A stretch of DNA of 29,061 nucleotides from Desulfobacterales bacterium (GTDB taxonomy: Bacteria > Desulfobacterota > Desulfobacteria > Desulfobacterales > C00003060): NCBI GenBank assembly GCA_030668505.1, contig DAOUTV010000001.1:1-29061 (forward strand), in the 5' to 3' direction. Below are positions 16,870-24,315 of this stretch, one piece after another. How positions within the stretch are numbered: the stretch's first letter is position 1; each line of letters starts with the position of its first letter. The notes beneath the pieces were generated by a model. That model saw only the letters and a program-made list of their open reading frames with translations, made no database searches and had not been told where the DNA came from. Made by a program: the position numbers and the translations under genes.

Positions 16870-19182
16870 ATGATAAAATGGACACATCAACTGCAAAGAA
16901 GAACCGGGCTTCGCGTCAAGATTCTTATGGCAACGATCTTGGTGGTCGGTGGATTCACCGGGGTATTTCTTTATCAAACAGTTTCTTTTCATACTCAGAG
17001 CGCCTTGAACCAGGTAGCGGAATCGAGCCAAAGCCTGCTTAAGAACACGTACAGTGCAATCAAATATCCCATGTCAGTTGGAGACAGCATTACAGTTGAG
17101 AAGCAATTAATGGACATAAAAAACCATATGGAAGGCACTGAGGTCTACATATCAGACTTCCACCAGATTGTTCAATACGCCTCAGAAGAAGACCGCATTC
17201 ATACCGGCATCCAGGACTATCTGTTGGGAAAAGAGACCAGAGAAGCGCTTACTGCTGCATTAAGGACTGGATTGTCGCCCCAAAAATCCATTACGGAAAT
17301 CAGAGACGGGGATCCTTTCTTGGTCACAATAATGCCACTTTTAAATGAAAGCTCTTGTCATCACTGCCATGGAGCAAGTCAAAAAGTGCTGGGCACCATG
17401 GTTGTCAAACACCCCGTAAAAGAGGTATACTCGTCTCTGGCCTCAGCCAGAAATCGCTTAATAGGGTTTTCTATTATCGAGATCATTGGGATCATATTAG
17501 TTATCAACTTTCTATTTAATCGACTGGTAACTAGACGCATTAAAAGCTTGGCGGCAAAGACGGGGTTAGTCTCAGCCGGAGATATCACAGTAGAGGTTCA
17601 TGATGATTCTCGGGACTCCATTGGAAGATTAACTCGGAATTTTAACCAGATGATTAAAAACATACGTGATCGGATGGAATATGCCAACAGCCTAAAACTG
17701 GGCATTTCAGAACCTTTTTTTATGGTCGATTCCGATATGAAGCTGACCTTTATGAATGATGCCGCTGCCAAATTTGCGGGTGTTCGCCCTGGAGATGTTC
17801 TGGGAAAAAATACCTGCATACAAGTATTCAAGAGTGATATGTGCGATACGGCGTGCCCCATAAAAAAGGCCATGGAAACCGGTGTAGCCACTGAGGGTTT
17901 CAGGGTCACTACAAAAAACGCTGAGGGGAAAGAAGTTCCCGCTATGGCGAGTGGCGCTGCTCTGAGGGATTCTGCGGGCAAGATTTTGGGCGGGTTTGAA
18001 ATGCTACGCGATATTTCTAAAGAAGTTGAAGCAGAATCCGGGTTGCGAGATTCTTACCACAGGGAAGAAGAAGCAAAGAAGAACTTACAGCATCGGGTAC
18101 AAAGCCTTTCAGACATCTTGAGTAGGGTTGCCGGGGGAGACTTAACAGTAAGGGCCGAAACGAGTGGTGAAAATGACTCGATGGACCGGTTGGTTCAGAG
18201 AACAAATGAAACGTTAGATCACATGAAAGAACTTATTGGACAGACAAAAAAATCCGCCCTAACAGTGGTCATGGGAGTCCGGCATATCTCTGAGGGAAAC
18301 CAGGAACTTTCACAGCGTACCCAGCAACAAGCAGCCACTGTGGAAGAGACGAGCGCAACTGTTGAAGAACTGGTATCCAATATTAACCAAAACGCTACTA
18401 ATACCCAGCGTGCCGACAATCTATCAAAAGAGGCTGTGGCTGTAGCTGTAGAGGGTGGACAGACAGTCGAAAGGACGGCTCAGGCCATGAACGACATGTC
18501 GGAAGGGAGTCGTAAGATAGTTGAGATGATGGATTTGATCAATGAAATAACCTTTCAGACCAACCTTCTTTCGATCAATGCTGCCGTGGAAGCGGCACGG
18601 GCCGGAGAACAGGGGCGGGGATTTAATGTTGTTGCCAACGAAATACGCAGTCTTGCAAAGAGAAGCTCAGAGGCGTCCAAGGATATTCAAAGCCTTGTCC
18701 GTGAGATCATGGATCAGGTTAGTACGGGTAAGGAATGGGTCGGCCAGCTGGAGAACGGATTTAAGAAGATCGTAGAAACCATTAAACAGGTCTCCGATGC
18801 TCTCAGTGAGGTTTCCTTAGCCACCCAGGAAAGTTCAAGAGGAATTGAGCAAATTGGCCAGGGAGTTAATGAGTTGAGTGATGTGATCTCACATAATGCA
18901 TCATTAGTGGATGGGCTGGCAGGTGCCACTGAACAACTCAACGAAAAAGCGGGTTTACTACAAGATATAACGGAAAAATTTACATTGGGCGATCAAGATA
19001 ATATTGAGGTTGAAGAGTTCAGTTTCAATAAGAGTATCCAAGATCAAAAGAAAGACAGGCGTGGAACCCAACCCCCTGCTACGAGGTCATTACGTGAGGA
19101 GTTGGCTACTCAGCACCCCATTGAAGAAAAACCGGAAGACTTGTTGGAAAAAGAGTTGGATGGGGGATTCGAGGAATTCTAA
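16870..19182 (+). CDS. Methyl-accepting chemotaxis protein: TM, periplasmic heme-c sensor, TM, HAMP, PAS, HAMP, MA
   Basis: GGAGGT RBS; two TM helices; CHHCH between them (17356-17370); HAMP; PAS; signalling hairpin FQTNLLSINAAVEAARAGEQGRGF; C-terminal GFEEF pentapeptide. Confidence 0.95.
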   Translation: MIKWTHQLQRRTGLRVKILMATILVVGGFTGVFLYQTVSFHTQSALNQVAESSQSLLKNTYSAIKYPMSVGDSITVEKQLMDIKNHMEGTEVYISDFHQIVQYASEEDRIHTGIQDYLLGKETREALTAALRTGLSPQKSITEIRDGDPFLVTIMPLLNESSCHHCHGASQKVLGTMVVKHPVKEVYSSLASARNRLIGFSIIEIIGIILVINFLFNRLVTRRIKSLAAKTGLVSAGDITVEVHDDSRDSIGRLTRNFNQMIKNIRDRMEYANSLKLGISEPFFMVDSDMKLTFMNDAAAKFAGVRPGDVLGKNTCIQVFKSDMCDTACPIKKAMETGVATEGFRVTTKNAEGKEVPAMASGAALRDSAGKILGGFEMLRDISKEVEAESGLRDSYHREEEAKKNLQHRVQSLSDILSRVAGGDLTVRAETSGENDSMDRLVQRTNETLDHMKELIGQTKKSALTVVMGVRHISEGNQELSQRTQQQAATVEETSATVEELVSNINQNATNTQRADNLSKEAVAVAVEGGQTVERTAQAMNDMSEGSRKIVEMMDLINEITFQTNLLSINAAVEAARAGEQGRGFNVVANEIRSLAKRSSEASKDIQSLVREIMDQVSTGKEWVGQLENGFKKIVETIKQVSDALSEVSLATQESSRGIEQIGQGVNELSDVISHNASLVDGLAGATEQLNEKAGLLQDITEKFTLGDQDNIEVEEFSFNKSIQDQKKDRRGTQPPATRSLREELATQHPIEEKPEDLLEKELDGGFEEF

Positions 19183-19634
19183 TGTCCGAAATTCAGCAAT
19201 ATGTAATCTTTTCACTAAATGAACAAATATATGGCATTGAAGTCCCCAAGATAAAAGAGGTCGTCAGCTATCGAAAGATCACGCCTCTTCCCAATATGGT
19301 TGGGTTTATCAAGGGGATTATTAATCTGAGGGGGGTTGTTCTGCCGGTATTTGATCTGAGAGAAAAGTTCAATCTTTCAGAAACCACTTACACCCCTTTT
19401 CACATAATCATTGTGATGGAGATATCGGGAAGAGCTATGGGGGTTATCGTGGACGAGATTTCGGACGTGGTGGAACTCTCACCCGATGAAGTTCAAGCCC
19501 CTTCCAATCTTCCTCCCGATGTACAAGCCGAATATATCAAAGGTATTGGGAAAAAAGAACATGAACTTATCGTCCTGTTGGATGTTGATCGACTCCTGAG
19601 TTCCAAAGAACTCGAGATCCTGGATGCTACCTGA
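19182..19634 (+). CDS. cheW: Coupling protein CheW
   Basis: QYVIFSL, YGIEV..IKEV, LPNMVGFIKGIINLRGVVLPVFDLR, GVIVDEISDV. TAATG overlap with the MCP. Confidence 0.95.
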   Translation: MSEIQQYVIFSLNEQIYGIEVPKIKEVVSYRKITPLPNMVGFIKGIINLRGVVLPVFDLREKFNLSETTYTPFHIIIVMEISGRAMGVIVDEISDVVELSPDEVQAPSNLPPDVQAEYIKGIGKKEHELIVLLDVDRLLSSKELEILDAT

Positions 19635-19639
19635 TATGT

Positions 19640-19759
19640 ATGAGCTGTCCTCTTATGGTCCCCTGTCTGAATGAAACAGATTTTGAGGGATACGGGGCTT
19701 TGTCCACACTGCAAATTACTACAGTACTCCAGCGCTTCATCCCGGAAGGGGAAGGATAG
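19640..19759 (+). pseudogene. Possible remnant of a deleted cheR
   Basis: 130-bp gap exactly where cheR usually lies. LNETDFE followed, after a one-base frame change, by IRGFVH weakly resembles the first helix of CheR. Speculative. Confidence 0.2.
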
Positions 19760-19764
19760 GGGCT

Positions 19765-20349
19765 TTGTATCAATTCTACAGCAACAGGTTGAAGAAGACA
19801 GTCATTATGCTCATGCCGGGTGAGTATTTTGCCACTCAAAAGGATCAGGTGCTTTACACCGTTGTGGGCTCATGTATCGCCACTTGTATCTATGATAGGG
19901 AACAAAAAATAGCCGGGATGAACCATTTTTTACTTCCGGGAATGGTACGTCCTGATGATATGCTGACATCTGATCTAGGCCGATACGGCATGTTTGCCAT
20001 GGAGCTGTTGATTGGCGAACTCATTAAGTTGGGAGCCCGGAGAGGGAAACTTGAGGCTAAGTTATTTGGGGGGGGCAATGTATTGAAATTTAGAAGCTGT
20101 GACGGCGATGTGACCAGGTCCAATATTCGTTTTGCAAAAAAATTCTTAGAGCTGGAAGGAATCCCTGCAGTGAGCCAAGATCTTGGAGGGAACGGCGGAA
20201 GAAAGATCTTGTTTTTTAGTGATAGTGATAAAGTCCTCTTGAAACGATTTGATATTAGGAAAGAGCGATCATTCATTAAATCCGAAGAGACTTATAAGAA
20301 AACCATTTTTCAAGAACCACATATAAAATCACCACTAAGGCTGTTTTAA
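19765..20349 (+). CDS. cheD: Chemoreceptor glutamine deamidase CheD
   Basis: LMPGEYF, TVVGSCIA (catalytic Cys), AGMNHFLLP, RYG..AMELLI, EAKLFGGG. TTG start, exact start uncertain. Confidence 0.93.
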   Translation: MYQFYSNRLKKTVIMLMPGEYFATQKDQVLYTVVGSCIATCIYDREQKIAGMNHFLLPGMVRPDDMLTSDLGRYGMFAMELLIGELIKLGARRGKLEAKLFGGGNVLKFRSCDGDVTRSNIRFAKKFLELEGIPAVSQDLGGNGGRKILFFSDSDKVLLKRFDIRKERSFIKSEETYKKTIFQEPHIKSPLRLF

Positions 20350-20352
20350 TAT

Positions 20353-21387
20353 ATGAAGCCTATCCGCGTGCTTATTGTTGACGATTCACCCATAGTGCAA
20401 TCAGTGCTGACGAGTCTCTTGTCTGATGAACCTGATTTTGAGGTATTGGGAACCGCTTCTGATCCCTTTGAGGCAAACGATTTGATTGTGAAAAAAAGGC
20501 CTGATGTGATCACACTGGACATTGAGATGCCTCGAATGGATGGAATCACCTTTCTTAAACGACTTATGAGCTTCCGTCCCGTCCCGGTGATCATGATCAG
20601 TTCCTATACCCGCGAAAACAGCATTTGCACCTTCGAGGCCCTGAATGCCGGGGCCGTTGATTTTGTTGCCAAACCCACAGGGGATGTCAGGAGCGGTCTT
20701 CGGAAAATGAAACATGAGATTACCACCAAATTAAGAGCTGCAAAACGGGCCAAAATAAAACCCTCCGGACTATTTGGCAAATCAAGAAGACTAGTATCGA
20801 TAGGGAAAAACAGGGCATCGAACAAGATCATCGTCATCGGGGCCTCAACAGGCGGAACTCAGGCCATACAAACACTGCTGGAGTGCATGCCTTCAAATGT
20901 AAATGGAATTGTCATTGTCCAGCACATGCCGGTTCGCTATACAAATCCCTTTGCCCAGAGGTTGAACGGATTGTTTCTAATGAACATTAAGGAGGCCGAG
21001 GACGGTGATCGCATTGACAAAGGAAATGTACTGGTGGCGCCTGGTGGGCGACACTTGCAGGTAGCAAAGGACCCTATGGGATATTATGTACAGCTGCAAG
21101 ACGGTCGGCCGGTCAAACACCAGCGGCCTTCAGTTGATATCATGTTCCATTCGGTTGCAAAGACTGCTGCCTCCGACGGCATTGGCATACTCCTGACAGG
21201 GATGGGAGATGACGGAGCCGATGGCTTGCTGGCTATGAAGCAGGCTGGGGCTTTTACCGTTGCACAGGATGAAGCCAGTTCGGTAATTTTTGGTATGCCA
21301 GGAGCGGCTATAGAACGTGGTGCAGCTATAGTGGTGGCTGAGCTGGATGATATAGCAAGTGTTGTTCTTTCGTCGCTTAAGACGTGA
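20353..21387 (+). CDS. cheB: Chemotaxis methylesterase CheB (REC + esterase)
   Basis: REC (LDIEMP, VAKP), GASTGG, VQHMP, RPSVD, LTGMGDDGA and IFGMP; Ser/His/Asp triad present. Confidence 0.97.
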   Translation: MKPIRVLIVDDSPIVQSVLTSLLSDEPDFEVLGTASDPFEANDLIVKKRPDVITLDIEMPRMDGITFLKRLMSFRPVPVIMISSYTRENSICTFEALNAGAVDFVAKPTGDVRSGLRKMKHEITTKLRAAKRAKIKPSGLFGKSRRLVSIGKNRASNKIIVIGASTGGTQAIQTLLECMPSNVNGIVIVQHMPVRYTNPFAQRLNGLFLMNIKEAEDGDRIDKGNVLVAPGGRHLQVAKDPMGYYVQLQDGRPVKHQRPSVDIMFHSVAKTAASDGIGILLTGMGDDGADGLLAMKQAGAFTVAQDEASSVIFGMPGAAIERGAAIVVAELDDIASVVLSSLKT

Positions 21388-21409
21388 CAGTTAGGATAGG
21401 AGTCGGGAT

Positions 21410-22321
21410 ATGGCCAAGATACTTCTTATAGACGATAGTCGTCTGATTGCCCATGCAGCCAAGAAAACTTTGACCAGGGTGGGACACGAGATTATTTTAG
21501 CTGAGGATGGCGTCGCCGGCCTGGAGAAAGCAAAGTCTGAACAGCCTGACTTGATCCTGTTGGATTTAATCATGCCCGGTATGGACGGATACCAGGTGTG
21601 TCAAAAATTAATAAAGGAGGAAAGCTCTAAGGAGACACCTGTCATTATGCTTACGTCAAAGTCTGAGCCTGCCGACAAGGTAAAGGCTCTGAAAATAGGG
21701 GCTTTGGACTATGTGACCAAGCCTTTTGACGAAGCCGAGTTGGTAGCTCGTGTGAATATACACTTACGACTCAAAGAGCTCTATGAAACGGTTCAGGAGA
21801 AAAATCGGCAGCTCCAGGACCTGGCCAACAAAGACGGACTGACGGATTTGTTCAATCATCGATATTTCCACGAGCAGTTGTCAAAGGACTTTTTACGCGC
21901 CAGACGGTATCATGAGTCTTTGACGTGCGTTTTGTTGGACATAGACCACTTTAAGAAGTTTAACGATACACACGGTCACCTGACAGGGGACGTCGTATTG
22001 AAAGCACTTGGATGCATCATCAAAGATTCGATCAGGGACAGCGATTTTGCGGCCAGATACGGGGGTGAAGAGTTTGCGCTCGTTTTGTATCATACCGATG
22101 GGCCGGGGGGATTTGATGTGGCTGAACGGCTCCGGCGGAGGGTGGATGATAATGAAGTACATGATAAAGGCAACGTGCTGCATGTCAGCATCAGTGCGGG
22201 AGTTGCTACGTTTCCACACAAGCTGATCCACAATTCCAAGGAGCTGATTGAATGTACTGATAAGGCACTTTATCAGGCCAAGAACAACGGCCGAAACCGA
22301 GTAGAGAAATTTGACGGATAA
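21410..22321 (+). CDS. REC-GGDEF diguanylate cyclase (WspR/PleD-like)
   Basis: REC (LLDLIMP, MLTS, VTKP), DGLTDLFN, DIDHFKKFNDTHGH, I-site RDSD five residues before an intact GGEEF, KNNGRN. Confidence 0.94.
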   Translation: MAKILLIDDSRLIAHAAKKTLTRVGHEIILAEDGVAGLEKAKSEQPDLILLDLIMPGMDGYQVCQKLIKEESSKETPVIMLTSKSEPADKVKALKIGALDYVTKPFDEAELVARVNIHLRLKELYETVQEKNRQLQDLANKDGLTDLFNHRYFHEQLSKDFLRARRYHESLTCVLLDIDHFKKFNDTHGHLTGDVVLKALGCIIKDSIRDSDFAARYGGEEFALVLYHTDGPGGFDVAERLRRRVDDNEVHDKGNVLHVSISAGVATFPHKLIHNSKELIECTDKALYQAKNNGRNRVEKFDG

Positions 22322-22360
22322 TTCACCACTTTCAATTGAGCATTTTCCCGGGATTGGGCA

Positions 22361-22987
22361 ATGAAAGATAGCAATGCGCCAACTGAAGAAGGGATCCAAA
22401 GGATCAACCGGCTCCAGCGCGAATTTTTCAGTGGACTCATCCACGTTTTTGACCCGCCTTTACCGGAAGGTGTGCCGGAGCGTCTGAAAAAGATTGTGGC
22501 ATCCGGCAAGATAGCTAAAGGAGATGTTGTACTGGATGTTGGTACGGGCACAGGGATATTGGTCCCCCTGATTCAAGCGTATGAGCCTGAGGCCATCTTT
22601 GCCTGTGATCTTTCGGAGGTTATGCTGGCTCATTTACACGAACAGTACCCGTATGCAAAGACCATCGCGAAAGATGTACGGGATCTCACCCTGCCTGAAG
22701 ACAGTATTGATGTGGTCTTCATGAATGCCTGTTATCCTAACATTGTGGATAAAGACAGAGCCTTTGCGAATACTAGTCGGATGATGAAACCAGATGGGCG
22801 CATAGTGATCAGCCATCCTTTGGGAAAATCATTTGTTGAATTATTAAAGGAAAAATCGCCCTTTCCTCTGGATGACTTTCCCGAGAAACCTGATGCTAAA
22901 GTTTTACTTAAGCATTATGGTTTTGACATGACCGACTTTGTAGACGAGGAAAAGCTCTATATTTTGGTAGCCACCAAGCAGCACTAG
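22361..22987 (+). CDS. Class I SAM-dependent methyltransferase
   Basis: VLDVGTGTG motif I, ACDLSEVML, MMKPDGRIVISH. Confidence 0.88.
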   Translation: MKDSNAPTEEGIQRINRLQREFFSGLIHVFDPPLPEGVPERLKKIVASGKIAKGDVVLDVGTGTGILVPLIQAYEPEAIFACDLSEVMLAHLHEQYPYAKTIAKDVRDLTLPEDSIDVVFMNACYPNIVDKDRAFANTSRMMKPDGRIVISHPLGKSFVELLKEKSPFPLDDFPEKPDAKVLLKHYGFDMTDFVDEEKLYILVATKQH

Positions 22988-23021
22988 GACTAATACCTGA
23001 TAATTAATTGGAGGAAGGAGT

Positions 23022-23471
23022 ATGGCTGGTGGATTGGACGTAATTATCGTTGACGACGAACCGGGCGTATGTGAAGTGGTCTATGGAATCATCAGGCGAT
23101 TCTATACGTGGGGCGACGTACTTGCCATTACAAATGCCGATGAGGCAATAGCGTATTGTCTGAGTCGTGATACCGGTATTGCGATTTTTGTAGTAGATGT
23201 ATTTCTTGGTGAAAAGAGTGGGTTTTATTTACTTAATATGATTGAGAAAAAGTTTCCCACAATTTATCAAGACACAATTATGATCACTGGAAATGCCAAT
23301 GATGATGTTGTGAACATGTGTGTGGCCTCAGACGTAAACTATTTGTTGGAAAAACCTATCAAACCATTCGCATTGCAGCTTGCCGTAAGGGCGATTGTGG
23401 CGAAATACCTGAAATTTGCGAAGAAGCTGTTGCGAGATCCAGCTTTTGCCAAGAGCGTTGCAAAATTTTGA
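23022..23471 (+). CDS. Single-domain response regulator receiver with C-terminal helix
   Basis: Strong GGAGG RBS; IIVDDE, FVVDVFL, IMITG and LLEKP. Confidence 0.85.
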   Translation: MAGGLDVIIVDDEPGVCEVVYGIIRRFYTWGDVLAITNADEAIAYCLSRDTGIAIFVVDVFLGEKSGFYLLNMIEKKFPTIYQDTIMITGNANDDVVNMCVASDVNYLLEKPIKPFALQLAVRAIVAKYLKFAKKLLRDPAFAKSVAKF

Positions 23472-23486
23472 TTTGCCCTCTTCGCC

Positions 23487-23515
23487 TTGACATCTTTGCC
23501 TGCCTGTAATAGACT
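23487..23515 (+). promoter_or_regulatory. Near-consensus sigma70 promoter with no adjacent ORF
   Basis: TTGACA, 17-nt spacer, TAGACT. Confidence 0.55.
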
Positions 23516-23688
23516 GCTTCAGCTGAATCCGTTGCGAATTAAGTGTCAAAGACTTTGATGCAAAGTTGTGCCTGAGTGCTCGGGAAAAGCACTTTCTGTC
23601 TATGTACGATTTTTACAGCTTTAAACACGCAACTATTTACTCGTAACAAAAAATTCCTATTAGAAGCCATTTCAAAATGGGGGCAAAC

Positions 23689-23874
23689 CTTAGGGCTCGC
23701 GCAAAAATAACTTCACATTTTGGCATCTCAGCTTCAGGCTATCTTTGACCGATACTTATTCGCAAAATACGCGAAATAGCTGGCTATTCCTGTGGTTTTG
23801 CTCAATCGGATCGGCCAAAACTAACCCAAATCTGAGCGCCAATTCTGCCAAGTTATTCTTGCGCAAGCCCTTAG
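23689..23874. mobile_element. Family B MITE-like element, copy 1
   Basis: Terminal inverted repeats CTTAGGGCTCGCGCAAAAATAACTT / AAGTTATTCTTGCGCAAGCCCTTAG (22/25 match). CTTAG occurs as a direct repeat at both ends. No transposase. Confidence 0.75.
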
Positions 23875-23891
23875 ATACAGTATAACTCCCC

Positions 23892-24171
23892 ATGATGCTG
23901 CGACCCTATGAATCAAAATCGGATGACTTCGAGTTGGTTTTTTGGGGGCAGAGGTGGATTCAGAATTCCATTTCAGAATACCGGAGGGGCAACTGCAAAT
24001 TTGCGTCATTCTTTCCAGCACCTGAAAAGGATAGCAAAGGAAATCGTTTGGAAAAGGTTAGAAGAGGATTATAATGAGCTGGATTCCTTGCTTAGTGACG
24101 ATTTTCCAAGGCATGGGGTTAAGGATGCACTTAAAACAATTGTTTCTTTCCTAAAACTTCAAAAACTGTAA
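23892..24171 (+). pseudogene. Degraded gene fragment, possibly the C-terminus of an AbiEii-like nucleotidyltransferase
   Basis: Two overlapping short ORFs in different frames between two repeat elements. IVWKRLEEDYNELDSLLSDDFP looks protein-like; the family guess is from recollection only. Confidence 0.25.
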
Positions 24172-24252
24172 CACTTTACGGGTATGAAAAAGACCTGTTT
24201 TACTCACAGGAGTGAGTAAAATCCGGCCTCTTTCAAAAAGCTAAACTCTAAC
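24168..24252 (-). repeat. Family A palindromic repeat, short form, copy 3
   Basis: Reverse complement differs from 1294-1378 at 6 positions; hairpin TTTTACTCAC-TCCT-GTGAGTAAAA. Confidence 0.9.
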
Positions 24253-24315
24253 CAAGAACCAAATTTTACTCCCAATCAACCGATTTGCTTGTGACTGGCA
24301 TGAAAGGAGGGCTCC

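Noticed and set aside
21893-22551. 183-aa and 92-aa minus-strand ORFs; likewise 1556-2059, 17598-17981 and 19890-20276
   Set aside because: Antisense to confidently assigned genes.
22361-22987. Methyltransferase as a stand-in for the missing CheR
   Set aside because: Lacks the CheR N-terminal domain and the WSAGC.TGEE motif; it is a generic small-molecule type.
23522-23530. GCTGAATCC resembling the start of a c-di-AMP (ydaO) riboswitch
   Set aside because: The rest of the consensus is absent.
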